Shown here: in pieces, positions 28,077-38,847 of the stretch
Position numbering within the stretch: the stretch's first letter is position 1
How the letters are laid out: each line of letters opens with the position of its first letter
Assembly (NCBI GenBank): GCA_002009975.1
Contig: MTLP01000042.1
Span: 1-64,000 of the forward strand
Source: Thermococcus sp. JdFR-02
Lineage (GTDB): Archaea; Methanobacteriota_B; Thermococci; Thermococcales; Thermococcaceae
Length of the DNA: 64,000 nt
Direction: 5' to 3'
Translations under genes and position numbers: made by a program
The notes under the pieces: generated by a model
Database searches by the model: none
Told to the model about the DNA's origin: nothing
Seen by the model: only the letters and a program-made list of their open reading frames with translations

Positions 28077-28732
28077 TTAGCCCACCCCAACTTTTGCTCC
28101 AGCTCCTTCTCACATCTCTCACAATAATTCTTCCCTTTTAAATCGGTATCAGCAATGCTGTTCGAGAAGTGCATGACGCATTTTATATCTTTGCAGTGCT
28201 CAAGCCCAAAAACATGTCCCAACTCATGCATAGCCTCTTTTATAGCCCTCTCCTTCAAAAGCTCGTCATCTTCATCATTCCCATAAAATTCAGGCTTTAA
28301 ACGATGTAGTGAAATTATTGCAGAACCAAGATAAGGATTTGCTAAGCCAAAGATAAAATTAAGTCCACTTTCATATAAATCAACATCAGTAACTCCCAGT
28401 ACAGCCTCAACTTTTAAATTCACTCTAATTGTTGCTAAGCGGTATAAAAATACTCTTCCAAGAAATTGCCCTCTAAATTCATTGTAAGCTTCAAGAAAGG
28501 GTCTTATGCTTATTTTTGGAATGATCTTTGTTGAAAAGTTAAATTTAGAATAAAAATCCTCAATATGTGCTCCAATAGCCTTCAATACCTCATACTCAAC
28601 CGATTTTGCCACTATTGGAATTATCACAATTTTCCGTGGTCTTTTCTCTTTTATTGTGGCATTCTCAGAAGCTAGAGCGGTTGCGATGCTTTTTCCACTC
28701 TTTTTTACCAGACTCTCAGCTGGAACCATCAC
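28073..28732 (-). CDS. Archaemetzincin zinc metalloprotease
   Basis: HELGHVFGLEHC...CVMHFSNS...D.K...YCERC. Confidence 0.92.
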   Translation of the reverse strand: MMVPAESLVKKSGKSIATALASENATIKEKRPRKIVIIPIVAKSVEYEVLKAIGAHIEDFYSKFNFSTKIIPKISIRPFLEAYNEFRGQFLGRVFLYRLATIRVNLKVEAVLGVTDVDLYESGLNFIFGLANPYLGSAIISLHRLKPEFYGNDEDDELLKERAIKEAMHELGHVFGLEHCKDIKCVMHFSNSIADTDLKGKNYCERCEKELEQKLGWAK

Positions 28733-29157
28733 CCTCCCTCTAACAGCTTCTCGCCAAAATTTAAAAATCGCCCAATTTGCTCCAAATATTCTTGAAAGTT
28801 TTTAAAGGCAATTTCATCACTAATTAAGTCATAATCGTATATCAAAACATCTCTAAGTTTGTTTAAGAACTCCAAATCTCCTTTGAGCTTTTCATCTATG
28901 AGTTTTACATTGTAAAGATTTTCAATTGTTTCCTTGTAGCTCACACTTATACCTAAATCTAAGTCAGAATTAATTAGTGAACATATGTCAAGAATGTTTT
29001 GAATTGCAAACTCTAACTGTTTGTAAATTCCATCCTTTGCAATTCCGAGAGATTTAAACTCTTCAAGACTCTCAGGAAGATTGTTTTTAATAGCTTCCAC
29101 ACTTTCTTTGATGTTATTAATTCTAAGCTGTATTTCGCCACTACTCAATTTTTCCAT
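28729..29157 (-). CDS. DUF86/HepT-like HEPN protein (degenerate active site)
   Basis: AIQNILDIC...LRDVLIYDY in place of the usual RNxLVHxY. Confidence 0.75.
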   Translation of the reverse strand: MEKLSSGEIQLRINNIKESVEAIKNNLPESLEEFKSLGIAKDGIYKQLEFAIQNILDICSLINSDLDLGISVSYKETIENLYNVKLIDEKLKGDLEFLNKLRDVLIYDYDLISDEIAFKNFQEYLEQIGRFLNFGEKLLEGG

Positions 29158-29213
29158 TAATATACACCAAATTATTATTAAACTCAAGGGGAAATAAGGC
29201 TTTGGGTGAGAAG

Positions 29214-29918
29214 ATGATAAAGGTAATTTCAATTGATATTGATGGCACGATAACTTACAAAGATAGACGTTTGCATGAAGAAGCTTTGAAAGCTATTCGT
29301 TTAGCCGAAAACTTGGGAGTTAAGGTAATGCTCGTTACTGGAAATACTGCAGGATTTGCAATGGGAGCGAGCATTTTAATTGGGACAACTGGTCCCATAA
29401 TAGCCGAAGATGGTGGAGTTATAGCGGATCATAGGGGAGATAATAGGGTCTATCTTGGGGATATGGGAGAAGCGATGATCTTATGGAGCGAGCTTAAGAA
29501 AAGATTTCCCCAAGCAAAGATGAGCTATACAATGAAATATGGAGAAAGAAAAGCTGGCTTAGTCTTAAGGAGGACTGTACCAGTTGAAGTTGTTAGAGAG
29601 ATTATAAAGGAGCTTAACCTAAACTTAGTTGCAGTTGATTCTGGTTATGCAATTCACGTTAAGCAGCCGCATGTAAACAAAGGAAATGGAATAAAAGAAG
29701 CCTGTAAAATGCTTAAAGTTAAACCCAGTGAGGTAGCCCATATCGGAGATGGAGAAAATGATTTAGATGCATTTAAAGTTGTTGGATACAGAATTGCTGT
29801 CGCTCAGGCGCCAGAATCCTTAAAGAGAAAAGCGGATTACATAACTAAAAATCCTTATGGAGAAGGTGGAGCGGAAGGAATAATGCACATTTTGAAAAAA
29901 TTTGAATATATAAAATGA
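29214..29918 (+). CDS. Phosphoglycolate phosphatase (HAD, Cof-type)
   Basis: DIDGTIT, VTGN and IGDGENDLD motifs. Confidence 0.9.
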   Translation: MIKVISIDIDGTITYKDRRLHEEALKAIRLAENLGVKVMLVTGNTAGFAMGASILIGTTGPIIAEDGGVIADHRGDNRVYLGDMGEAMILWSELKKRFPQAKMSYTMKYGERKAGLVLRRTVPVEVVREIIKELNLNLVAVDSGYAIHVKQPHVNKGNGIKEACKMLKVKPSEVAHIGDGENDLDAFKVVGYRIAVAQAPESLKRKADYITKNPYGEGGAEGIMHILKKFEYIK

Positions 29919-29920
29919 AA

Positions 29921-30958
29921 TCAGGGAATTAAATCCATTGGTTTTAACTCTTCAAGGAGGTGCTTAGCCAATTTAATTGTGTTGTCAACATCTTTTGCAT
30001 CCGCTATTTCAACTTGAGAGTGCATATATCTTATTGGAATTGATAACACAGCTGTTGCAACTCCTTCTCTGTTTATTTGCATTATGTTGGCATCTGTTCC
30101 AGTTGGTCTTGGACTTGGCTCAACTTGAAGAGGAATTTCGTATTTCTTCGCAACTTCCTCAGCAAATGCTCTAACCTTTGGATTAATGTTTGGTCCAACA
30201 TCCATAACTGGACCTTTGCCGAGTTCAACGACAATTTTCCCTTTATCTCCTGGCTGCTTTGCAAATGTAACATCCATTGCAATTCCAATCTCTGGATCAA
30301 TTGCATATGAAGCGACCCTTGCTCCTCTTAATCCAACTTCCTCTTGAACACTTGCAACAAAATAAATGTCAGCCTCGTGATTTTCTAATGCTCTTGCGGT
30401 TTCAATCATCGCGTAAAGACAAATTCTATCATCTAAATAGGGCGTGGAAAATCTATTTTCACCCAATCTTGTGAAAGCTGGTGCAAACTCCATTACAGTT
30501 CCGATTTTAATTCCCATTTTTTCAACTTCTTCCCTATTCGAAGCTCCAACATCAATAGCTATCGTATCCCAATCAGCGGCTTTTTTTCTGTCTTCAGGCT
30601 TTGTTAAGTGTGGTGGAACATGTCCAACGACACCATAAAGCTCTCCATTCTCAGTGAAAATTCTAACCCTTTGAGCAACCAAAGTTCTTGGATCAACTCC
30701 TCCAATTGGAACAACGCGTAAATAACCATCTTTATCGATGTGATTTACCATTAAACCAATCTTGTCCATATGGGCGGCAATCATTATTTTTGGGGCTTTG
30801 CCCTTCTTATGAGCAATGACGTTTCCAAGCTTGTCAATCTTAATTTCATCAACGTAATCCTTCAAAGCTTCAATTACAACATCTCTAATTCCCATAAACT
30901 CGTGTCCGCTAACTCCAGGGGCTTCGATAATCTTCTGCATTAATTCCCAATCTACCAT
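29921..30958 (-). CDS. M42 family TET aminopeptidase (TET3/lysyl-aminopeptidase-like)
   Basis: [31 protein letters not shown] and RYMHS motifs. Confidence 0.92.
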   Translation of the reverse strand: MVDWELMQKIIEAPGVSGHEFMGIRDVVIEALKDYVDEIKIDKLGNVIAHKKGKAPKIMIAAHMDKIGLMVNHIDKDGYLRVVPIGGVDPRTLVAQRVRIFTENGELYGVVGHVPPHLTKPEDRKKAADWDTIAIDVGASNREEVEKMGIKIGTVMEFAPAFTRLGENRFSTPYLDDRICLYAMIETARALENHEADIYFVASVQEEVGLRGARVASYAIDPEIGIAMDVTFAKQPGDKGKIVVELGKGPVMDVGPNINPKVRAFAEEVAKKYEIPLQVEPSPRPTGTDANIMQINREGVATAVLSIPIRYMHSQVEIADAKDVDNTIKLAKHLLEELKPMDLIP

Positions 30959-31212
30959 TTTAATCACCTTTTAGACCTGTGTCTCAATGTTCAAATGCAG
31001 AATATTTAAGGTTTTAGGTAAAGATTCAGTTCAGGAAATTGCTGGCGCCTACTACGAGAAAAACATCTTACAGATAATACTTATATGATTTGACAGATGT
31101 CATGATACTTTTGTACTTATCACAAAGTTTTTATACAATAAATGTAAAATTGGTTTTGTATATTTTTATAAAAATGTTGGAATAATGTAAAAATTATATT
31201 AAAAAAAGTAAA

Positions 31213-31680
31213 GTGAAGGTTGATAAGATGATAAAAAGAAAGGAAGAAGTATTGGGAATCCTCTGGGGTGTAACCTGCTGGCATAGAGAAAAGCCTAGAA
31301 ATGTAATTTTTGGTTCAACTGTTGGTAATCTCGTTCTCACAGAAAATAGGTTGATGTTCCTGTCCACAGGAGAGAAGGATTTATCTGGTGGCGTAGCTAC
31401 AGATGTGATGTATGTGGATGTAGACGCTCCAGATGTTGATGCCCTTGGAGAAGAAGCCCTCAAAAATAAGCACAGTGTTGAGATACCTCTAGATCGATTG
31501 GACTCTATAAAGCTTAAAAGGAGACTAATGGGTCTCAGCAACTGGCTAAGTGTGAAATATCGGGATGAGAATGGAACTGTCCGCTATCTTGCCATAGTTC
31601 ACAATCAGAAGTTACCCCAAGAGTTTGTGGATGAGGTTCTTAAAACTAAGGAAAGGTACATGAGAGCAAAAGGGGAGTAG
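31213..31680 (+). CDS. Hypothetical protein, PH-like fold
   Basis: G.LVLTENRLMF...EIPLDRLDSIK pattern typical of prokaryotic PH/GRAM-like domains. Confidence 0.55.
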   Translation: MKVDKMIKRKEEVLGILWGVTCWHREKPRNVIFGSTVGNLVLTENRLMFLSTGEKDLSGGVATDVMYVDVDAPDVDALGEEALKNKHSVEIPLDRLDSIKLKRRLMGLSNWLSVKYRDENGTVRYLAIVHNQKLPQEFVDEVLKTKERYMRAKGE

Positions 31681-31681
31681 A

Positions 31682-33502
31682 ATGAAGTATATCTTTCTGT
31701 CTTTAACCATACTATTGCTGATTCTAACCGCTGGGTGTGTAAATTATAGCAATCAAACAATAACGGATTCTCAATCGACAGAAGCTTCGAGCGTTTCAAA
31801 ACAACATACAGAACCAGATAAATTAGAATCCTCCATCATAAGGTTAACTGACAATAATTACTGCATTGGTTTTATCGAAACAGTGCCCAAGGGGAGTTGG
31901 GTTTTAATTTATGAATATAACAGCCAGAATCATAAGTACTATAATGATGATGAGCGTATTGTTCTTATAAATCCTAATACGGGCGTCAAAAAAGTTTTAA
32001 TGACGGGTTCTGAAAAGGAGCAGATTAAGTTGCTAGAGAATCCAAGTGTATATAGACCTGTTCTTCTTACGGGAAACAATGGAACTCCTCTGGCAGTTTT
32101 TGGGTACCAAAAGATGGAAGAATGGTCGGAATACTCATACACAGGCAAGATACGTGTGGCATATCTCTATATGGGTGGGAATCACGTAAGAATAGAACCT
32201 GAAATGTTTCCCAACTACTTTGATCCCAATATGAAGTTTGGACCCGATAATTGGTGGATTGCTCTTGCAACCCAACTCATTCCGTACGATGACGGTGTTG
32301 TGGGCATGTTTAAGGTTACCCTTCCAACCTCAACATACTTCACTTACGGGCAGCATAGTTACAATGCCTTCTATTTTATAGCCAAAATAAATTTAGACGG
32401 TTCTGGAGAGGTTATATATGGTCCCGATATTGATTGGAGCAGAGAAACACCCTCCATATCCATGAAAGGACAACCACTCATTAGTGATACCTATGGTCCC
32501 ATCATGTTTCCAATAGGTTCAAACGAAATAGTCTTCAAGGGAGTAGATACAGAAGGGAACATCAATCTCTATGTCCTGCCCTCTCTTAGAATCTTGCCTC
32601 AAGTAGTGGCTTCATCTTGGTTTACATCATCGAAGATGGTACCAGTAGATGGGGGCGTACTTTATGGAAAACAGGGAATCAGCATCATTGTTAGGGTTGA
32701 TGGAGCTTGGGAGCTAGGGGTGAGAGATGAGCCAGCAACAGATATAAGAATTCTAGTTTATAGCAGCAATGATAATACAAGCAAACTTTTGGATACAAAA
32801 CTAACAAATTCCGTAAAGTGGGCTTTGTCTCCCGACCACAAAAAGATCATATACATTCCAAAAAGCGTGAATAAACTCAAAGAAATAAATCTGGAGGAAG
32901 ATATTGAAACGGAATTAATAACCCTGCCGAATCTAACAATTGATGCTAATGCATGGGATTCAAATTTCGATACATCACAAGCCTATGGATCTGTAGCTAA
33001 TAATGGTGATAGAATATTCTTCGCAATCCAAGAAGGTGTTTGCAATAACTTATACATGTTTTCAAGAGGAGCGGGACAGTCTAATTTTGTATTCTCTCCC
33101 ACTGTTTCTCAGGAGAAACAATCAAAAGAGTCAATCTCCCAGAAGCAGCAAAAAGATTCATCTGAAGATGTTCACCAAGGACACAGATTAAGTGGTATCA
33201 ATTATGAGAAATGCATCTCCCCATGTATTGAATCCGGTGAATGTGTAGAGGGTTCCATTGCAGACGAGGAGTGGTGGTACAAGCATATGAGGGAAAAGCA
33301 GGAGATCATTAACAGCTACTGGAAGGGTAACGCTACTAAAGAAGAAGCATTGTTGGCAACAATTCAGCAAAAACTTGCTCTAGCATGCTACGAACGGGCA
33401 AAGGAGATGAGAATTAAAGGAATTTGGATCAAGGAACCGGATCCTAAAGAGATTCTGGGGGAAGAATACTATAAGCTGTATCTCGATATGATAGAGCGCT
33501 GA
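31682..33502 (+). CDS. Hypothetical lipoprotein, beta-propeller-like with a Cys-containing helical C-terminus
   Basis: Lipobox-like TAGC, WALSPDHKKIIY (TolB/WD-like), S/Q/K linker, then a helical tail. Confidence 0.6.
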   Translation: MKYIFLSLTILLLILTAGCVNYSNQTITDSQSTEASSVSKQHTEPDKLESSIIRLTDNNYCIGFIETVPKGSWVLIYEYNSQNHKYYNDDERIVLINPNTGVKKVLMTGSEKEQIKLLENPSVYRPVLLTGNNGTPLAVFGYQKMEEWSEYSYTGKIRVAYLYMGGNHVRIEPEMFPNYFDPNMKFGPDNWWIALATQLIPYDDGVVGMFKVTLPTSTYFTYGQHSYNAFYFIAKINLDGSGEVIYGPDIDWSRETPSISMKGQPLISDTYGPIMFPIGSNEIVFKGVDTEGNINLYVLPSLRILPQVVASSWFTSSKMVPVDGGVLYGKQGISIIVRVDGAWELGVRDEPATDIRILVYSSNDNTSKLLDTKLTNSVKWALSPDHKKIIYIPKSVNKLKEINLEEDIETELITLPNLTIDANAWDSNFDTSQAYGSVANNGDRIFFAIQEGVCNNLYMFSRGAGQSNFVFSPTVSQEKQSKESISQKQQKDSSEDVHQGHRLSGINYEKCISPCIESGECVEGSIADEEWWYKHMREKQEIINSYWKGNATKEEALLATIQQKLALACYERAKEMRIKGIWIKEPDPKEILGEEYYKLYLDMIER

Positions 33503-33537
33503 GAGCAAAATGTCCAACCTAATAAAAAGTTAAAAAT

Positions 33538-35100
33538 CTACAAAATAACTTGCAAAAATGCTTCTTCTCCTGGAGCAAGTTCATCAATCTCCCAAATTAT
33601 TTCGCTATCCTTAATTTCTACCCTCCCCTTTGTTGCTCTAACGCTTGCAACGCTTATCGCTTTTCTGTATCTGAACTTCTTTAATTTCCTTAATCTTGGA
33701 GCTTTAACTTTCACAAAATAATATCCATCCAATTGCTCCTCCAACTTTATTGGGATGAAAAATGCCGCATAAGATGAAATTCCAAATAAGAGGGCTGAAA
33801 CTATTAGTATTATTGACAGTCTTTCATAGTCTATTCTTATCTTCAGGGGTATCTTTATAGAAAATCGTGTGGGGGTTGTTGTGGTTATCTTTCTCGTAGT
33901 TGTGGTGGTGTTTGTTGGGGTTTTTGTTGTAGTCGTTGTGGTTTGAATTGGTTTTGGCTTTTTCACGGTGATGATCCTTTCATCTCCTATGTATTTACTG
34001 CTTTCAGCTCTTAGAGTTATTAATCCAAAGCCTGTTTCATTTAAATTTATCCTAACCTTTCCTTCAGAATCTGCTATGGCGTAAACATTTCCCTTACTTC
34101 CACTAGCTTTTATCGTGACATTTGGAATGCCATTTCCGGCAGAATCTCTAACATAAACAACCAACGTTTCATTTTGTTGCTGATAGTGCAAGAATAGCTT
34201 TTCAACATTTACAAGACTTTCAACCACTTTACCGTCCAAATTTAGCTTTATCTTATATACTCCCGGTTCTTTGACTTCATATTGAACCATTCCAAAGGAA
34301 TCGGTCTTAAACACAACGCCTTCAATCTCTACAGGAATATCTTTAACTCCTTTTCCTTCCTTATCAAAAACCCTGACAGAGATTATTCCATTCTCAAATT
34401 TCGTTTCGTAGGAAAGATGTCTTTGATAAACCAAAAAGCTCTTGCTCAAAGTTTTTGGGATTCCACCAAAATTTGTTCTTAAAATTGCAGTGTATTTCCC
34501 AATCCCCGGTCTGGGTAAGAAGAGTAAATACTCCCATTTGTCTTGAGGATTTAGGTAAGTTACCCACGATTTTTTCGTTAACAATCCTTTTTCAGAATAA
34601 AGCTCAAGTTCTATCTTTCCCAGAATAACTCCATTAGAAAGAGACTTAACTTGGAGTTTTATTTCAACATCACTTCCATACAGGTATTTTTCATTCATTT
34701 CCATGCTTATTTTGTAATCAACGATCGTCAAAACCTTGACTTTTATAGGCTTTTCAAACAACAATGGTCCAAGTCTACTGACAACTTTTAAATCATAGAC
34801 ACCAGCATCTGCGTCTTTTATGTAAATCTGTAAATTAACTTCTCTCGTTTGGTTAGGCTCAAGTTTAGGAATAACGGCTTGAGTATACAAGAATCCTTTA
34901 ACTGGTCCAGAGATGTAAACGGTAACGTTTTCTGCTGTTGTATCACCTATGTTTTTCACCAAAATGGGAATATTAATAGTATCCCCCGGTTTTCCTTCAA
35001 AGGAATCTTTTTGAAGCTCTAAAACTATTATAGGTTGGGCTAATGAAAATGAAGCAGACAAAGAGAGCATCACTATTAAAAGTGCAATATGTCTATTCAC
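33538..35100 (-). CDS. CARDB/NEW3-domain membrane-anchored surface protein
   Basis: Signal peptide, VKNIGDTTAENV, Ig-like repeats, poly-Thr linker, TM helix. Confidence 0.7.
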   Translation of the reverse strand: MNRHIALLIVMLSLSASFSLAQPIIVLELQKDSFEGKPGDTINIPILVKNIGDTTAENVTVYISGPVKGFLYTQAVIPKLEPNQTREVNLQIYIKDADAGVYDLKVVSRLGPLLFEKPIKVKVLTIVDYKISMEMNEKYLYGSDVEIKLQVKSLSNGVILGKIELELYSEKGLLTKKSWVTYLNPQDKWEYLLFLPRPGIGKYTAILRTNFGGIPKTLSKSFLVYQRHLSYETKFENGIISVRVFDKEGKGVKDIPVEIEGVVFKTDSFGMVQYEVKEPGVYKIKLNLDGKVVESLVNVEKLFLHYQQQNETLVVYVRDSAGNGIPNVTIKASGSKGNVYAIADSEGKVRINLNETGFGLITLRAESSKYIGDERIITVKKPKPIQTTTTTTKTPTNTTTTTRKITTTTPTRFSIKIPLKIRIDYERLSIILIVSALLFGISSYAAFFIPIKLEEQLDGYYFVKVKAPRLRKLKKFRYRKAISVASVRATKGRVEIKDSEIIWEIDELAPGEEAFLQVIL

Positions 35101-35503
35101 GCCTAATCACCTCATCCAAGAGCTTTTGTTTTCCAATAAGCTCTTCAAAGTTCTTTCCCTTATATTTAGCCAATTGCAGGTCAACCCTATAATTCTTTCC
35201 ACTTTTGGACAAATGATGAGGCTCAAAAAAGAACCATCCATTGTTTATGAACTTAACTGCTATCAAAGCTTTTCCACCAAACTTTTCTGCAAAAAATGTT
35301 AGCTTTTCAATGTCTTCTCCATTTAAATAAACTCTCTCTCCTTTTGTGCTCTTAACCTCAATGCAAAAATAGAACTTCCCATTTCCCGCTACTAAATCAA
35401 CCTTTTTACTCCCAGCTGACCTTATTACTGCAAATCCTTCCCTCTCCAACATTTTTATTAATTCTCTCTCAACACTTGCTCCCCTTCGATATTTGGTCTT
35501 CAT
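35093..35503 (-). CDS. hjc: Holliday junction resolvase Hjc
   Basis: YRRGASVEREL...GFAVIRSAGS..VDLVA...IEVKST. Confidence 0.95.
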   Translation of the reverse strand: MKTKYRRGASVERELIKMLEREGFAVIRSAGSKKVDLVAGNGKFYFCIEVKSTKGERVYLNGEDIEKLTFFAEKFGGKALIAVKFINNGWFFFEPHHLSKSGKNYRVDLQLAKYKGKNFEELIGKQKLLDEVIRRE

Positions 35504-35775
35504 TTGCCACCCACACTTAAGCTTTGAGCAGTTACAATTATACAGTTTTCTGGTAATTCTAAGTCATTACCCCTATAAACAATAACACTTCCATCAAAGG
35601 TTGTTATGTAAATCTTAAATTTCCTAAAACCTCCACTCTCACCTACTACCACAATTGGTTTTTCTTTCATGGATAAAAAGTTTAGGAAGTCTTCTTTTTC
35701 AACATAAATGATTAATCCTCCAACAATGACTCTCGTTGCTTTAACCTCCATCCCACAGCCCACAATTATCACCAT
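35500..35775 (-). CDS. Small hypothetical protein
   Basis: ORF overlaps the hjc start by ATGA. Confidence 0.65.
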   Translation of the reverse strand: MVIIVGCGMEVKATRVIVGGLIIYVEKEDFLNFLSMKEKPIVVVGESGGFRKFKIYITTFDGSVIVYRGNDLELPENCIIVTAQSLSVGGK

Positions 35776-35832
35776 GTATTTTTAGCACAAAAGCATATAA
35801 AACCCTATTCCTATGGTCTTTTGGTGGTGAGA

Positions 35833-36903
35833 ATGAAGGTTATTCACTCTAATATGAAAGAAGGCATCATTAAAGTTAAAGCTGAGACTTTAGATGATTT
35901 ATGGCATCTTTATCATATCATTGAAGAGGGAGATATTGTTTACGCTAAAACGTTGAGAAAACAGTCTCAAAGGAGTGATTCTCTAAGACCTGAAAAAGTC
36001 CAAGTTATTCCAGTTTATTTGGGAGTGAAAGCTGAAAAAATTGAGCTTCACAGATATGCAAATGCATTAAGAATTACTGGACCGATAGTTCACACATCCA
36101 ATGAGGAAGTTCCATTGGGAAAGTATCACACCATAGCTGTTGAAGAAGGGAGTGTTATAACGATAAAAAAGCCAAAATGGAAGGGTTATCAGTTAGATAG
36201 GCTCAAACAAGCAGTTGAAGCCTCTCAAAGAGCTAAAATCATGATTGTGGTTATTGAGGACGGAGAAGTTGATATGGCTCTCGTTAGAGAATATGGTGTC
36301 GACATAATTACAGAAATTAGGCACAATCTTGGAGGAAAAAGATACAACACCAATAGAGAAAGCGAGGAGATCAAGTTCTTTCATGATGTTGCAAAGACAA
36401 TGATAGAAATAATGAACAGGGAAAAAGTCGAGAAAGCTATCGTTGCTGGTCCAGGCTTTGTTAAGGAGGAATTTTATAAGTTTTTACAAGAAAACTATCC
36501 AGAGCTTGCTAAAAGAGTCGTTATTGAAGATACGAGCGTTACTGGGAGGACTGGAATTTATGAAGTAATTAGGAGGGGAACTGTTGACAAAGTCTACCAT
36601 GAGAGCAGGGTTACAAAGGAGATTCAATTAGTTGAGAAGGTTATAGAAGAGATCGCAAAAGGTGGTTTGGTTGTATACGGTTTGAAGGAAGTTGAGGAAG
36701 CTGCTAACTACGGTGCAGTTGAAAAACTCTTAGTTTTAGATGAACTTTTGAGAGGCGACTTAAAAGAAAAAATCGAAAGGCTTATGGAGTTTGTTAGAGG
36801 AATGAGGGCAGAGGTTATAGTTGTAAGCTCAGAGCATGAGGGAGGAGAAAAGCTCAAGGCTATTGGAGGAATTGCAGCTTTGTTGAGGTATAGGATAAAG
36901 TGA
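35833..36903 (+). CDS. pelA: Pelota/Dom34 ribosome rescue factor
   Basis: DDLWHLYHII, GKYHT, AGPGF and LKAIGGIAALLRY motifs. Confidence 0.95.
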   Translation: MKVIHSNMKEGIIKVKAETLDDLWHLYHIIEEGDIVYAKTLRKQSQRSDSLRPEKVQVIPVYLGVKAEKIELHRYANALRITGPIVHTSNEEVPLGKYHTIAVEEGSVITIKKPKWKGYQLDRLKQAVEASQRAKIMIVVIEDGEVDMALVREYGVDIITEIRHNLGGKRYNTNRESEEIKFFHDVAKTMIEIMNREKVEKAIVAGPGFVKEEFYKFLQENYPELAKRVVIEDTSVTGRTGIYEVIRRGTVDKVYHESRVTKEIQLVEKVIEEIAKGGLVVYGLKEVEEAANYGAVEKLLVLDELLRGDLKEKIERLMEFVRGMRAEVIVVSSEHEGGEKLKAIGGIAALLRYRIK

Positions 36904-36907
36904 AAAG

Positions 36908-37909
36908 CTAGAGGTAGATCTCAGCATAAGGATCTTTTTCAAACTTTGGAAACTCCTCCATCTTCTCCTCTCTTATCAGCACTCTCTCCTTCTCCTCTGT
37001 GAACTCCCCAATAACAAATGCTTTAATTCCATTATTATTTAATTCTTTAATTATGTAATTGCTTTTTTCTTTAGGTGATATTATGACCAATGTTCCAGTT
37101 GATGAAACAGTTAAAGGATTAACTTCATAAGTCTCTAAAACTTTTTTAACTAAAGGAGGAACATAAAGTGTTTTTTCATGAACCTTAAAGCCCAAATTTG
37201 AGTTATCTGCTATTTCATGCAGAGCACTTGCTAAACCTCCTTCAGTAACATCATGCATGCCCCTTGCAAAGTTTTTAGCAATTAGAGCGTCTTTGACAAC
37301 AGTTTCAAGCTTATACATCTCCTTAAGCTCAGCTATCTCTGAAATACTTAAGACATTCTTTAGCTCTTTTTCTTTAAAATAAGCTAAACCAACAGCAAAT
37401 TCGATTCCAAGCCCTTTGGTTATTATTATGTCATCTCCAGCTTTTGCAATTGGCAGCTTTAGCTCTTCTTTCTTTATTAAACCTAAAGCAGTTGTTGTTG
37501 CTACTATTTCATTGACGCTTGGATAGACCCCTGTGTGACCTCCAACTATTGAGGAATTGTAAGCTTTGCATTCGTTATTTAATTCCATAATTATTGAATT
37601 AAGTTCTTCTTTAGTAGTTCCCTTTGGTAAGAGCAAATCAACTACCAGCCATTTTGACCTTGCCCCAAAAGTTGAAACATCGCTTGAGGCAAAGTGGTAA
37701 GCAAAAAAGCCAAAGTGTTCAAAAGGAACTCCCAAAATAGGATCAGTTGCAATCACAAGGTAGTGATCGTCATCATATTCCAAAACTGCAGCATCAAACC
37801 CTTCTTTGGGACCCACGACAATTTTGGAATTTTTAATCCCAAGATTAGGCAAAATAATTTCTTTTAAAGTCTCATTCCTTAGCTTTCCCAATGGCAACAC
37901 TCTCCTCAC
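36908..37909 (-). CDS. AIR synthase (PurM/HypE-like) family protein
   Basis: LPLGKL, DAAV, ATDP, IVGGHT and MHDVTEGG motifs. Confidence 0.85.
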   Translation of the reverse strand: MRRVLPLGKLRNETLKEIILPNLGIKNSKIVVGPKEGFDAAVLEYDDDHYLVIATDPILGVPFEHFGFFAYHFASSDVSTFGARSKWLVVDLLLPKGTTKEELNSIIMELNNECKAYNSSIVGGHTGVYPSVNEIVATTTALGLIKKEELKLPIAKAGDDIIITKGLGIEFAVGLAYFKEKELKNVLSISEIAELKEMYKLETVVKDALIAKNFARGMHDVTEGGLASALHEIADNSNLGFKVHEKTLYVPPLVKKVLETYEVNPLTVSSTGTLVIISPKEKSNYIIKELNNNGIKAFVIGEFTEEKERVLIREEKMEEFPKFEKDPYAEIYL

Positions 37910-38036
37910 CTGCTTTGCTATTACTTTCTCCTATTTTTATGTATTTTGACTTGAAGACCATTGAGAATCTAAGAAAAATTTAAATTTTTTGTTAAAAATA
38001 GTAAAAATAATCGAGACGGGTATGGAGGGAGCTAGG

Positions 38037-38792
38037 ATGCGAGTAGAAACATTTTATAGAGAGCTCGATGAAGTTCTTGGGGGAGGGTTGATAAAGGGCT
38101 CTGCTGTCTCAATATTCTACGACACCTATTCACTGGGCGCATTTTTTGGTTTGCACATCTTTGCAATGAGAATAAAAGAAGGGGACTTTGGTGTGATTTC
38201 CAATTATAATTTTCCCTTTGGAAGGTTGGTGAGAGGAGCAAAATTTTCTGGACTCGACATAATTAAAGAAGGGAAAAATGGGAATTTAGCAGTCATTGAT
38301 GTTTTCTCTTCTCGATATAAGCTTCCTTCCTTGTATCCGTTTGTGTATCTTTTACCCGGCGAGATAGATGCCGAAACTCTAAATCCAAAGATCCGTGATA
38401 TTTACAAAACGCATATACTTTCCAAAGCACATGGGAGGTCAATAATTAGGCTTATTTACTCCTTAGATGGTGTTGCCTTTTTCTTTGGAGAACAAAATAC
38501 ATTAAAGCTTCTGTATGCAGATCTTGCAAAGATCTCAGAGCTTGTTCCAAATTCCACTACAATACTCCTTACAAACAAGGATGCTGTTTCAAACTCATTT
38601 TTAGCTAGAATTTCAGATTTGAGTGATTATGTCATTGATTTTACAACAAATTTTGTTGAAAATGCTATTATTGAGAATGCAATGCTCACAAAAGCTCTAA
38701 CACCAGAATTTGCACCAGAAAGCTTCGACTTTTTTGTTAGAAAGAGTGAAGAAGGAAAGCACCATTTTGTGTTGAAGCGAAGAAGAAAATGA
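38037..38792 (+). CDS. RAD55/KaiC-like RecA-fold protein, degenerate Walker A
   Basis: ELDEVLGGGLIKGS start; YDTYSLG at the P-loop position. Confidence 0.7.
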   Translation: MRVETFYRELDEVLGGGLIKGSAVSIFYDTYSLGAFFGLHIFAMRIKEGDFGVISNYNFPFGRLVRGAKFSGLDIIKEGKNGNLAVIDVFSSRYKLPSLYPFVYLLPGEIDAETLNPKIRDIYKTHILSKAHGRSIIRLIYSLDGVAFFFGEQNTLKLLYADLAKISELVPNSTTILLTNKDAVSNSFLARISDLSDYVIDFTTNFVENAIIENAMLTKALTPEFAPESFDFFVRKSEEGKHHFVLKRRRK

Positions 38793-38847
38793 ATCCATAC
38801 AAATAACCGCAATTCTTAAGTAAAGCTAACACAATTTCACTGGGGGG

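Noticed and set aside
33875-33945. GTT/GTG-rich tandem repeat
   Set aside because: Encodes an ordinary poly-Thr linker of a surface protein, as in the BtuF-like linker near 1530-1590.
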